Below, in pieces: positions 38,079 to 52,159 of a stretch of DNA of 64,000 nucleotides. How positions within the stretch are numbered: position 1 is the stretch's first letter; the number at the start of each line of letters is the position of its first letter. The DNA lies in contig OX597823.1 of assembly GCA_951406725.2 (NCBI GenBank), positions 83,824,001 to 83,888,000 on the forward strand. Direction: 5' to 3'. The notes under the pieces are model-generated. The model made no database searches. It saw only the letters and a program-made list of their open reading frames with translations, and had not been told where the DNA came from. The position numbers and the translations under genes were made by a program. This DNA comes from Octopus vulgaris (lineage: Eukaryota).

Positions 38079-38600
38079 TTGCAAGGCTGGTGAATAGAAA
38101 ATGAGCATGGAGTCATTGCAGCAACTACCACGACTTTCTGAGGGTACTTTTTATTTAAAAAATCCATTTTTTAATAAAATTTCTTAGAAGGTTTTAGAAA
38201 ATCAAATCACGTGTTAGTTTAAGGCTCATTGGTAAGTTAATCGGCCAATCACGTGAAACGATAGTGATTTCAACGTAGCATTCGCACGGCTGTCCAGCGA
38301 TTCGGTTGCTGGTCTGCTACACCACTAACCCTCAGTACTTGTTTGGTTCTTTATTTTATTGATCCCGGGTGGAGGAAGGACAAGGGTGACATCGGCAAGT
38401 TTTGAAGTTGGTGCACAAAGAAGCTGAACAAAAACTTCAGGTATTTTATCCACTGCTCTAACGACTTTGCTCTTAGGTACCACAAACTAAATTAATTTTT
38501 CTAATTCACACCCCACCGCTTATATCTGGAGTGTCTGCTTACCAGACGTAGATCTGGAATTTCCTTTGTATCACACACCACTATCTTAAACTAGAAGCCA

Positions 38601-38913
38601 TTCGACGAGGTAATCCGAAATAATCTAAAAAGACAGGATGATCAAGTAACTAATGCTTTCGATTATATAATTACTCAAACAAGGTCAACCTAGGGTTAAA
38701 CCTTAATAATGAAAAACACCCAAAAAAAACCAAACCGAAACTCTCTTTAAGCTATTCCAACGTTCGACGAGGTAATCCGAAATAACCTAAAAGAGAGGAT
38801 TATCAAGTAATTAATGCTTTCGATTATATAATTACTCAAACAAGGTCAACCTAGGGTTAAACCTCAATAATGAAAAAAACAAACAAACTGAAACTCTTTG
38901 AGCTATTCCAACG
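38601..38913 (+). repeat. Tandem duplication of ~155-160 bp
   Basis: 38601-38762 and 38763-38913 both run from ttcgacgaggtaatccgaaata to gctattccaacg. Confidence 0.92.
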
Positions 38914-39189
38914 TTTCAGCTGATGAAAAGTTGATCTTCACACGCACTGACTTCTTCATAAATATTTTTACGGCCTTAAGTATATGTAAACTAAAAATCA
39001 ATATTTGGTCACAACTATGGTTTTCAATGGAATCATGGTATATTATATGGTATACGCTATATTGACAAAATCTGGTTTATTATGAATAGAAGTTTGAGTG
39101 GTTACTACACCACGAAAGAACATTGTTAATATACTCAAAGCTGTGTGAAAATGAAAACGAGATGTAAGTGGATAACATCTTATTTAACG

Positions 39190-39474
39190 GCAGAAACTCG
39201 AATGTGGAGCCTAAAAACAGAAACAATCCCTATCACGGTAGGCGCATTAGGTATGATAAAAAATACTCAAACAAATACTAAACAAAACACCAGGACTTAC
39301 AAGTATATATACCATAAAGAAATAGCACTACTAAGCACCGCACACATTCTATGTAAGACAGTTTCAATACAGTGAAAATAACAGCACCACAACAAACCAC
39401 AGCACATACCCAAGACACACAGAGCTGCGCTCGGTAGTGCAGTGAAAGCACGTGATAAAAATGAGACTACTGAA

Positions 39475-39560
<86 letters not shown>

Positions 39561-39931
39561 GCTTTCTAATTGATGTATCAATACCGGCAGATGACAACGT
39601 GTCTCTAAAAGAAATGGAGAAACTCTCAAAATACAAAGACCTGAAAATAGAGGTAACTAGAATGTGGAATCTGAAAACAGAAACAATTCCTATCATAGTA
39701 GGTGCATTAGGCATGATAAAAACATATTCAGACAAATACATAACAAAAACACCAGGACTTACAAACACATATAACATACAGAAAATTGCACTACTAGGCA
39801 CTGCACACATCCTACGCAGAACACTTTCCATACAATAACCATCAGAGCATCACAACAAATCACAACACATACCCAAGGCACACAGAGCTGCGCTCGGTAG
39901 TGAAGTGAAACACGCTATAAAAATAAAACTA

Positions 39932-39994
<63 letters not shown>
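39190..39994 (+). mobile_element. Two tandem 5'-truncated Dong/R4-clade non-LTR retrotransposon 3' ends in TAA/TAC repeats
   Basis: KCFLIDVSIPADDNVSLKEMEKLSKYKDLKIEVTRMWNLKTETIPIIVGALG...IQKIALLGTAHILRRTL is a restriction-like endonuclease C-terminus. Copies at 39190-39474 and 39559-39935 share a 3' UTR (cacagagctgcgctcggtagtg); flanked by (TAC)n(TAA)n and (TAA)n. Confidence 0.88.
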
Positions 39995-39995
<1 letters not shown>

Positions 39996-40183
39996 GCTTC
40001 AAATTTTGGCTCAAGACTAGCAATTTCGGAGGAAAGGTAGGCCGATTACATCGACCCAAATGTTCAAATGGTACTTATTTAATCGACCTCGAAAGGATGA
40101 AAGATAAGGCCGATCTCGGCGGAATTTGAGCTCAGAGCATGAAGACAGACGAAATACTGCTAAGCATTTCGCCCGGCATGCTA
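39995..40183 (-). mobile_element. SINE family 1, tail C, between (TAA)n and (TAG)n
   Basis: aaattttggctcaagactagc ... gacgaaatactgctaagcatttcgcccggcatgctaa. Confidence 0.8.
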
Positions 40184-40184
40184 A

Positions 40185-40227
<43 letters not shown>

Positions 40228-40999
40228 CATAGAGACTGAAGTTGCTGTTAAGATAAGAGTATTGATATTAGAAATACTAGTATTGAATTATTTGTAGCAG
40301 ATGTGATTTCTGTCATATGAATAGGTTTGCGAACAAAGTACTTATGTATATATTATTATCCTGTTATCGCTGTATGATACTGTATCAATTCATGAAAATG
40401 TAGATATTAGTTCATGAAAATCTATGATATTAATTACAATGCTGCCGCGTAAGTAATGTTAAAGCGAAATGAAATTGAAGATAAATAAAAGACACAAACA
40501 TTATATAATATCTATAAAAGATTACGACAGACTCTGCTAACGCTTAAAGCATTTCGCTAATTTTATTTTAGGATTTTAAAATATTTTCATCAACAAACAA
40601 AATTATTCATAACACATCAGAGTGACCGGCCAGTAACAACACTTAAGTCGGAACTTATTGAATATTTTCTTTCATTTATTTGATAAGGGGACTGTTAACC
40701 GAAATATTATAGAAGTATTGAACAACCTCTGCAAGGGAATGTAATATATTTTTTCTCGTCGTTTTCATTTACTGACATCACTTTGCATACTCTGACAAAC
40801 TTGTCACATACAATGCTCGAATGCTCTTAAAATATTTATATTAAAATTAACGCCTTTATAGATGCAGGCATGTGTGTTTGGTTAAGAGGCACGTAACTTC
40901 GGATTCCCAGCGTGCCTTGGGTGCCTTCTGTTATAACCTCGGGTCAATAACTGCTTTGTGAGTGAATTTGGTTGAAGGAAGCTGCGTATAAAATATATG

Positions 41000-41043
<44 letters not shown>

Positions 41044-41200
41044 GTAGGCAATTGGGGGTAAATCCCAGCTGTTTCTTCTTGAAGCATATCTGCTTATTCC
41101 ATTATTAAGTAGTCTCAGTTGCTGCTCTATCAGATTTCAAAATACACATTAAAATCGAGAATTATGGAAATATTATTTGCAGAGTTATTGTATAATAAAC

Positions 41201-41449
41201 TGGAGGTGCGTGGCTTCGTGGTTAGGATGTCAGCATCATGATCGTAATATTGTGGTTTCGATTCCTGGACCGGGCAACGCGTTGTGTTCTTGAGGAAAGC
41301 ACTTCATTTCACGTTGCTCCAGTCCACTCAGCTGGCAAAAAATGAGTAACGCTGCGATGGACTGGCGTCCTGTCCAGCTGGGGAACACATACGCCATTGA
41401 AACCAGGCCCATGAGCCTGGCTAGGCTTTAAAATGGCACATTTATTTAT
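41201..41449 (+). mobile_element. tRNA-derived SINE related to family 3
   Basis: ggaggtgcgtggcttcgtggttagg, ggtttcgattcctggaccgggc; 15-bp TSD ttattgtataataaa at 41185-41199 and 41450-41464. Related degenerate copies at 14838-15010 (+) and ~55000-55255 (-). Confidence 0.88.
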
Positions 41450-41502
41450 TTATTGTATAATAAAACATGTAACTAGAAATTTTGGAGTTGACTTATTTAC
41501 CA

Positions 41503-41723
41503 TTACACTAATTTAATTTGCTAATAGGAATTACACAGATTTAAATATCAGATAAACATGTTAGAAATTTCGTATTAGCAATTCTTCAGGCAGAGAAACT
41601 AAATAATAACGTTATTTAATTTCTTTGTTTGAAGAATTTCTAATACGAAATTTCTTACATGTCTACCTAACATGCAAAATTTAAAAAAAATTGTAATTCA
41701 TATTAGAAAATGAAACACGTGTA
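41503..41723. repeat. ~220-bp imperfect palindrome centred on aataacgttatt
   Basis: acatgttagaaatttcgtattagcaattcttca / tgaagaatttctaatacgaaatttcttacatgt are reverse complements; essentially no loop. Confidence 0.85.
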
Positions 41724-42732
41724 AATACATATACATATATACGTATGTATGTTTATGTGTGCGTTTGTACTTGATACTACTCTTGTAACCCTTGGCAATC
41801 GGTGCTGGTTTGTTTGCACCCTCCGTAACTTACCGGTTCGATAAAAGGTACCAACAGAATACGTACCAGACATGTAAAAAGTAAGTACTGGTGTCGATTT
41901 GTTTTAAAGGTCTAAAACCCTTCGGGGCAGCACGCCAGCTGTCTCCGTCGTTGCTCTAATTTCATGATGCTATATTAAGTTGTTTTTAGTTTCATTCTAT
42001 TGGCTTCGAGAGACAGTAAAAACAATAAAACTACATCACAATGTATTTAGTGCTGAATGTAAAATGGCTTCTACTGTTCTGTTCGTTGAAAAATATATAT
42101 TGCAACATAAACAGAACGTTTGAAATCGTTGGCTGTTTATTCTTTTATTTTGCACTGTCATTGATGTGCAATGATTTTATTATAGATGAAGAGCTTAGCT
42201 TTATTACTGCCAAGGAAGTTTAGAGACAGATAACAAAGACGAGTAGGCAATTTTGAAAACAAATATCTATTTTCAGATATCGTTTCATATGTTTTGGTTA
42301 TACATTCTATGACAAATTTCGTATTAGTATACAAGTGGCAGATACGGCTGTGTGGATAAGAAGCTCAATTATTAGCCATATAGATTCGGTTGGATTCAGT
42401 CTCACTGTACAGCGCATTGGGTTTCTTCTACTATAGCACACCGGGCCCGACCGACGCCTTATTGGTGAATTTCATAGACAGAAAAATAAAACTGCGTAAA
42501 AGCTCGTCATATACGTACATACATACTACGTACATGCACACACATACACACACACACACGCATATATATATATACATATACTTATAGACAGATCTCTCTC
42601 TCTCTCTCTCCCCCCTCTCTCTCTCTCTCTTTCTGAAACGACAGAGAAAATTAAAGAGGTGGGAGAAAATTATTATATACGGCTACATATTGTGATGAAG
42701 TAAATCTACCAACAAGGATACGGATCACCGAA

Positions 42733-42955
42733 GCTGGCGAGTTGGCAGAATAGATAGCACGCCGGACAAAATGCTTAGCGGCATTTCGTCCGTATTTACG
42801 TTCTAAGTTCAAATTCCACCGAGGTCGACTTTACCTTTCATCCTTTCGGGGTCGATAAATTAAGTACTAGTGAATCACTAGAGTCGATGTCATCGACTGG
42901 TCCCCTCCCTCGCCAAAAAATTTGTGGCATTGTGCCTTTAGTAGAAAGGATTATT
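42733..42955 (+). mobile_element. SINE family 1, tail B
   Basis: ggcgagttggcagaa head ... gcattgtgcctttagtagaaaggattatt. Confidence 0.88.
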
Positions 42956-43232
42956 AAAGGTCGCCGGTCCCCAGAAACAGCACTTGGACTTATAATAACT
43001 TCTTTACCACCCCTTTTAATTTTCTCTTTTCTTTGTTGTCTGTGTAATATAAATACCTATATATTTATACATAAAATTTTAATCACCTGAAAGTTTCCAC
43101 CTTTCGCTGTTTCTCGTTTTGCATGTATACATATTTACCTATTTTGTATTCGGTGTATTTAAATATACTTGATATATTTGACGTGTCTAAATTCTTTATC
43201 TGCATAATTGCCTCTATACCCGCTCAACATGA

Positions 43233-43484
43233 TCCCTTGAAGAGCTTACTTTCAAAACCGGTTTATGTGCATATGTGGTGGATTTCATGATGACCCAATC
43301 TGCAAGCTATTGGCTTCATGCACATGAATTTTTTCTCAGTCAAACTGGGATAGATGCCATATGGACAGTAGGAGAATGTTAATCTTCCAATCAAAATTAG
43401 ATATATTCAAGCTGTTGTTTTAAACAATTACTCAAAAGCCATTCTGATGCATATATCTGGTTTTGAAAGTAAGCTCTTCTGGGA
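43233..43484. mobile_element. MITE-like element with ~34-bp terminal inverted repeats
   Basis: gaagagcttactttcaaaaccggtttatgtgcat (43239-43272) vs atgcatatatctggttttgaaagtaagctcttc (43447-43479). Confidence 0.65.
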
Positions 43485-43675
43485 GCCTTTCTCTAACTTG
43501 TAGGTTGATCTATAAAGATACCGGAGTCGAAGTTTGAATCTTTCTATACTGAGAATCTCTAGAGCTCATCTGTGAACAACTATATGTGTGTATGTGCGCG
43601 CGCGTGTGTGTGTTTGGCTTCCATCACAGCATGACAACCGGTGTGGTTTTCTTAAGTCCACGTAAGTCAGTTGTG

Positions 43676-43960
43676 TGGAGGCACATGGCATACTGGTTAG
43701 AACACTGGACTCGCGGTCGAGGGATCGCCGGTTCCAATCTCAGACCGGGCGATGTATGTGTTTATGAGTGAAACACTTAAGCTTCAGCAGAAGGCAATGG
43801 CGAACTTCTCCCACAACTTTCTTTCACGCTTTCCACCTGCATCTAGCATCTCACCTGCGGCGGACCAGCGTCCCGTCCAGGTGGGGAACCTATACCCCTA
43901 TGAAACCGGGGAACCAGCCCTTATGAACCAGGCATGGCTCGAGAACAAGCAAACAACAAC
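43676..43960 (+). mobile_element. SINE family 3 nested in a family-2 3' half (43585-44095)
   Basis: tRNA-Arg-like gactcgcggtc anticodon arm; family-2 blocks resume at gcggttcgccaaaagaaa. Confidence 0.85.
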
Positions 43961-44104
43961 TACTCGGCGGTTCGCCAAAAGAAAGCTAAGAAATATGTAC
44001 TAAGCTTCAAAAATATCTACTTAGATCCATTTGTTCGACAAAACCCTTTAAGGCGGTGCTCCAGCATGGTTGCAGTTCAATGATTGAAAGAACTAAAAGC
44101 AGGC

Positions 44105-44166
<62 letters not shown>

Positions 44167-44264
44167 ATGTGTGTGTGTGTGTGTGCGTGTTTGTAAGAAT
44201 ATATATATATGTATGTACATATAAATATATATTATGTATATGTATATATGTATATATGCACAAA

Positions 44265-44466
44265 CACAGACACGTGATTGTTGGCAATTTTTGTCCTTTT
44301 TTTGTCTTGGACTTCCCTGTTCTTCCTGTTTCCAAAGAAGAGCCAAGCTCGAAACTACTACTCTTTTTTCTTCTCTGAGCGTCCTATTACTACATTACTT
44401 GTATCACGTCCAAACGTTCGTTTGTTTCCTTCTTTTTCTTTTTCTCTATGCTTTTTGGAATTGACT
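44265..44466 (+). mobile_element. Penelope-like ~200-bp unit, degenerate hammerhead
   Basis: ttccaaagaaGAGCcaaGCTCGAAAC at ~44330-44355; ctgagcgtcc..acattacttgtatcacgtcc tail. Confidence 0.6.
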
Positions 44467-45148
44467 ATATATTTATATCTAGTCACAATGTCTCTGTTTT
44501 TGCAGTTAAGACCTTATAAACATCATGATGTACATAATCAATGCAGACATTTTAATAAACAACGGCGAGGGAAAAAACTGTATATTTTCAACACACAGCA
44601 GGAAGTATTATTGAAAATAATCTTCTCAGTAAGTCTAAATGTGTTTAAAAATACGTATTATGTCTTATCTGTCTATATATAAATAGGGAAAGAAATGTCT
44701 GTGCATTTGTATATTTGTTGTCTATCTGCCTGCATGTTTATCGGTTTATATCATTATCTGTTTCTGCCTTTATCTGTCCATATATATATATATATATATA
44801 TGTTTGTCTGCGTAGGTGTCTGCATCTCTGACTCTTAATCTTTCTCTTTCTGTCTCTGTGTGTGCGTGTGTGCGTGTGTATGTGTGTGTGTGTATCTGTC
44901 TGCCTCTCTTTCTCTCTCTCTGCAAATAACATCCATATTCATAAATACATACATACATACATATATATATGTGTGTACAGCATGGTGTATTATAAATTCT
45001 TATCTGCAAAAACAAAAACAGTGCGATTACACAGACACACACGCATATGCACACACTGTCTCTGTCTCTCCCACTCACGCGCGCGAATATATATATATAT
45101 ATACATACATATATAAAATTAGAGATAAAACCACTATTAGTCAAATCA

Positions 45149-45210
<62 letters not shown>

Positions 45211-45240
45211 GTATGTATGCATATATATATATATGTATAC

Positions 45241-45310
<70 letters not shown>

Positions 45311-46102
45311 GAAGAGAGAGAGAGAAAGAGATTGAAAGAGAGAGACAGGCAGATATCCAGGCAAACAGCGAGATACATAGATAGATACACGGAAAGTAAG
45401 ATATATATACATAGACAAATACACATAGACAACGCTCAAAAACACATACATACACGCACACATACAAAGGCATACTTAGATATCTATTAGGTATAATACG
45501 CATATTTAGTCTTTCTACGGAGATTATTTCTGATTATAATTGAAGCCAGTGACATACTGTGTACTGAAATATATGAATTTTATCTCGTTTTTCGATCATT
45601 CTAAAGATGTCTGCACAATTATGTACATAGTGATGTTTGTGAAAATGTCTGCCCACTATGTACATAACGATCTAAATAAGATAATAGCATCTAAAACACA
45701 GACGATATGATTTAGGGTATACATGTCAAAAACAGACTCTCCTCTGGAGTTTCGTAAACACGATAATCCCTGGTCGTGAATTCGCATTAACTTCAGTTTA
45801 AACTTTCTTTATGGCATGACTAAATATATTTATATATTAAATCTTCTGAGAGAACCGTAAACGCTCTCATCCATTTATCAGTGCAGTACCGTTATTCTCT
45901 CGGTCCGCAGTGATTCGGATAAAGTCCGTTATTTATTATCAGTCATCAGATGTATTTACCAACGGGTGGACGATCCTGTAGATTTATATTCAGTGTAGTG
46001 GGTGAAAAGTCGATTATTTATATCGATTGGTATTGATAATATCGATAGTGGAAGACACAGATACTGACCGCAAGATTTAAATCTGATTCTACCGTAATAC
46101 AG

Positions 46103-46430
<328 letters not shown>

Positions 46431-46672
46431 ATATATATAATATATATGTATTTTCTATGCTGGAGTAAGATCTTTGTCTATCTCCTTAACCTCTTGGAAA
46501 TTTTAGGTATAATTATACAAAACTGTCCATCTGTTCTAATTTAATTAAATTCTATGTCTTTGTGCAGCTGACTGCATTTTAAACTGATGTAATGATTGCA
46601 TTGTTCAATTAAATACAGTTGCATGAAACGATCGTACTGCATTATCTCTGGATATCCTTGTTGCTTATTTTG

Positions 46673-46726
<54 letters not shown>

Positions 46727-46919
46727 AATGCCCAAATGATGTAATACTAATTCTTCCTTTCTGAAGAAAGTATAGTTAGCTTATATTTTAAACTATGCTC
46801 AATAAAATAAGCACCAGAATATATACATAGATTCTTAACTAATAACAACTCTGCAATTACGTTTAAACTATGAATTACACACTATATGTATAGCGACTTG
46901 AAGAATTTTCATTTTATTT

Positions 46920-47526
<607 letters not shown>

Positions 47527-47718
47527 TTAGCAGTTGTTATAACCGACTAAGGGATAAAAAATCCGCTTATATTATCAGTATCCGCTACCTGTGTTAACCC
47601 CGGGTAATGCTGTGTAGGAGCACCATGTACGTCGTGCACATGTAGCAACAAGATAACAAAAGTATAAGGAACCAATGCAAATAATTAGTATATATGATAT
47701 ACAATCTGTACATATATA

Positions 47719-47902
47719 TATGAGACCTCGTGAAGACCACTTGCATTTTTTTTCCCTCTGTCCTCCCACCTCGGGATCTTTCTTTCTCCGATGTTTCCGA
47801 CGAAGAGCTCCGCTCGAAACGTCATACCCTGAGCGTCCAATAATACTTTATTTGTTCCACATCCTCGCGTTGTTGTCTTTGTGTTTTCTTGTTTAAATTA
47901 AC
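47719..47902 (+). mobile_element. Penelope-like ~200-bp unit with hammerhead core, between (TA)n tracts
   Basis: CCGACGAaGAGCtccGCTCGAAACGTC at 47797-47823. Confidence 0.7.
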
Positions 47903-47904
47903 TT

Positions 47905-47945
<41 letters not shown>

Positions 47946-47965
47946 GTATATATGTATATACGTAT

Positions 47966-48040
<75 letters not shown>

Positions 48041-48536
48041 CATATACATACATATACATATTGCACATTATATATATGTTCTAAATCTTTGCTACACTTA
48101 ATTAGTGCACAGCCAACATCAAAATCGAACTACAAATACAATATAGCCTAACACAAATGCTATAAAGCTATAAATAAGAACAGCAAAATCCAGGCAACTT
48201 GTGATGGTCTATGTCAGCAATTAGTGTAGCAAAGTGTTCAAAGAGCGGAATAAATTATATGCTGAGACGAAGAACAGGAAATGTTTCATGCTGAACACTT
48301 AGTCATAAAGGGATGAAATGTTTACTGGTGTGGCGGGATAAATACTTTAGGATTAATGGTAGTGAGGTGAGAAATATTCTAGCATTAAAGGAGGACAGAG
48401 TGGTTGCAAGCGTTAGTGGGAGATAGAGGCGGGAGGTGAACGTACGAGGAAAATGATATTTGAAAATTGAGAACAAGGGAAGGTAATAAGAATAAAACAT
48501 GTACACTATGAACACATGTGCACATACGAATAGACA

Positions 48537-48576
<40 letters not shown>

Positions 48577-48803
48577 CATACACCAATATAATACGATATA
48601 ATACATATATAGATATAGATGTGTATATGTGTGTGTCCATGTATGTATTACTGTATACATACATATATATATATATGTGAATCGCAGGGTTCGTCATATT
48701 TGGAAAATCCACTTATAGAAAATGGAAAAAACAGTCTTTGACTGCCATTTCTAATTCCTCCGGTATGCGGCGAGGCAGCCTGCTGCCCGCCCTTTAATTA
48801 TTT

Positions 48804-48859
<56 letters not shown>

Positions 48860-48894
48860 AACATAAATTTATACACACATATATATTTTCTTTT

Positions 48895-49120
48895 ATTGTT
48901 TGACTTGTTTCAGTCATTTGAGTGCGACCACGCTGGAGTACCGACTTTAGTCGAACAAATCGACCCCAGGATTTATTCTTTGTAAGCTTGTTAATTATTG
49001 TATCAACAACTTTTGCTGAACCACTAATTTATGGAGACGTAAACTCAACAATATCTGTTGTCAAGCGACGGTTGGGGGACAAACATAGACACACAGGAAC
49101 ACAAGTGCACACACAGAGTC

Positions 49121-49172
<52 letters not shown>

Positions 49173-49330
49173 ATATATATATGTGTGTGTGTGTTTATAT
49201 ATACATCGAACTTCTTTCAGTTTCCGCCTACCAAATTTACTCACACGGCACTTGCCCGAAGTGCCACGCAGTGGGACTGAACCCGAACCATGTGGTTGGG
49301 AAGCATCCTTCTTACCACACAACCACGCCT
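48895..49330 (-). mobile_element. SINE family 2
   Basis: acttgtttcagtcatttgagtgcgacc tail to gtgccacgcagtgggactgaacc head. Confidence 0.85.
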
Positions 49331-49346
49331 TCATTTATATATACGA

Positions 49347-49392
<46 letters not shown>

Positions 49393-49987
49393 TATGTATG
49401 TATATATGTATGTATGCATGCATGTATGTATGTGCATGTATGCACGTTTGTGAGCGCAAAAACAGCAACAAGTGTATACTTTTATCGACAGTGAGTTGGT
49501 AGTTTCGCTGAATTGACGGTCTTTCTCCTTAATGTGGTTCAATAAGTATACATCTCACAATACTTTCAAGTCTCACTCAATAAAATTACTATCATAAATT
49601 TGCTTAATTTTCAGTATATATACACAGTGTACAACTGCTAATGTTACGTATGAAGCTTCACGTTAATTACCATCCAATCTGCTTTAAGTATAGTGATTTA
49701 GCTACTAGCATAGTTATTAGTATTATTAGTTACGATATACAGAACGAAAGTAGGAAACATTACGCCAAACGCAAGTTTATATCATTTGCACCTACGAAGG
49801 TTTTATTATATCGATGTTTGAAACTCTGCACTGAATGTACCAAATGCAGTTTGGTGCATTACTCCCAACGGATCATCAGCGAAAACATTATTGCATTATA
49901 GTTGAAAGAAGTTAGGTGATATATATATATATATGTGTGTGTGTTGTGTGTGTGTATGTCTGTGTATGTATGTATATATACACACAC

Positions 49988-50030
<43 letters not shown>

Positions 50031-50031
50031 G

Positions 50032-50200
50032 TGGAGGCGCAATGGCTCAGTGGTCGTATGATCGCGGTTTCGATTCCCAGACCGGGCGTTGTGAGTGTTT
50101 ATTGAGCGAAAACACCTAAAGCTCCGCGAGTCTCCTTCAGGGGGTGGTGGCGATCCCTGCTGTACTCTTTCGCTACAACTTTCTCTCACTCTTTCTTCTG
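50032..50200 (+). mobile_element. SINE family 3, 5' part
   Basis: ggaggcgcaatggctcagtgg, gtttcgattcccagaccgggcg, acaactttctctcactcttt. Confidence 0.8.
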
Positions 50201-50268
50201 ATAGCCTGGTCGGTCACGGTGATATATATATGTATATTAAATAGTGTACGTTTAAACACAAGAGAAAA

Positions 50269-50620
50269 ATGCATTCAACAGGCAGTTTTTACACGCTAGA
50301 AGAAGTAGTCAAAACGACTAAAACCACATTTAAGGGCAATCTTCAGAAAGAAGGAAAAATTAAAACGTTTATCTTGTTATTTTTATTCCGGTCAGACCTA
50401 GGTTTCTAAATTTTTTTTTAGTAACTAGAAATCACTGATGAAAATTTTGCCTAGCAAATTATTTACTAAAAAAATTTAGAAACCTATACCCGACCGGAAT
50501 AAAAATAACAAGGTAAAAGATTTTGTTTTATTTTTCATTCCATTTGAAGATTGCTCTTAAATGTGGTTTTGGTCGTTTTGACTACTTCTTCTAGCGTGTA
50601 AAAACTACCTGTTGAAGGCA
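50269..50620. mobile_element. Foldback/MITE-like element with ~155-bp inverted arms and a ~38-bp spacer
   Basis: tgcattcaacaggcagtttttacacgctagaagaagtagtcaaaacgac... vs ...gtcgttttgactacttcttctagcgtgtaaaaactacctgttgaaggca. Confidence 0.85.
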
Positions 50621-51214
50621 ATGATTATCTCCATTGTATCAATGGTCGTCGCCATAAAGAAACACATGCAAAATTTCAGTATATTAGCACTAACGCATGT
50701 CTATGAAGCAAAATCTCTCCTAAACATGAAAATTTAGTAAGATTATCCTTGTCACGACAATTAAAAAAGATCACTGTCACATATATAAGCACTGGCGGTA
50801 AATATCATAACTACTCTGACTTCAATAAAAGTTCTGAATCCAATATCGGATCATTTATAGATCTAGAAATACGACATTCGATGAACAATCGATTATCAAA
50901 CTATCGACACACAGTGTAGCTATAACAGATGCTGTAATATATACGCAGAAAAAGTTCTGATTAATAAACTGACCGGAAAATTACAAGCTTATAAACGGTA
51001 ACTCAACTCGACTATCAATAAACAGCTATTGTCCAAAGAGTAAAACGAACGCAAAACACACACACACACACACCACACCACACCACACGCACTCACACCA
51101 CACACTCACACACATACACACACACATGCATGAACAGACACACGTATATATATTTACACACACGTTAATGTCTCTTCTCTTCCTCCACTCTCACACATAC
51201 ACATATAAATAAAC

Positions 51215-51389
<175 letters not shown>

Positions 51390-51404
51390 TGTACATACAC
51401 GCAC

Positions 51405-51530
51405 ATAGGTTCCGGGTTCAGTCCCACTGCGTGGAACCTTGAGCAAGTGTTTTCTGCTATAGCTTCGCACCAACTAAAGCCTTGTCAGTGGATTCGGTAG
51501 AAGGAAACTGAAAGAAGACCGTCGTATGTA
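51405..51530 (+). mobile_element. SINE family 2, 5' half
   Basis: ggttccgggttcagtcccactgcgtggaaccttgagcaagtg. Confidence 0.82.
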
Positions 51531-51591
51531 TATATAGTAATAGAATTCATATTTTCTAACCTGTACCTGCCACTATAGGTTACATACATAC

Positions 51592-51662
<71 letters not shown>

Positions 51663-51967
51663 TGAGTGTAATTGGTCCCGCGTATATACATTGACGTTCG
51701 AATCATTTGAGCGCTACATCTCACAGCCAAAATGTTCTTAAATGTTTGAAACTCAAAACAGATGGACGGAGTGTTAGTTGCTTACGTTAGTTTACTTCCA
51801 CGTGTACATGCATGCATATGGTTCAAATGTGTACACTGAAAAAAAAAGACACACACAAACACACATATATAATACACAAATAAGAAAACAATGGAAACGC
51901 GTATCCATCGGTTGTTATTTATTTATTTATATATTTATATATATTTATATATTTTTTGTGCGCGCGC

Positions 51968-52122
51968 GTAGCTTGCCTATTAACCACATGGTTCCGGGTT
52001 CAGTCCCACTGCGTGGCACCTTGAGCAAGTGTCTTCTACTATAGCCTCGGGTCGACCAAAGCCTTGTGAGTGGATTTGGTAGACGGAAACTGAAAGAAGC
52101 CCGTCGTATATATGTATATATG

Positions 52123-52159
<37 letters not shown>

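Noticed and set aside
43676-43750. tRNA-Arg gene
   Set aside because: The tRNA-like head continues into a multi-copy SINE body and has no proper acceptor stem or terminator.
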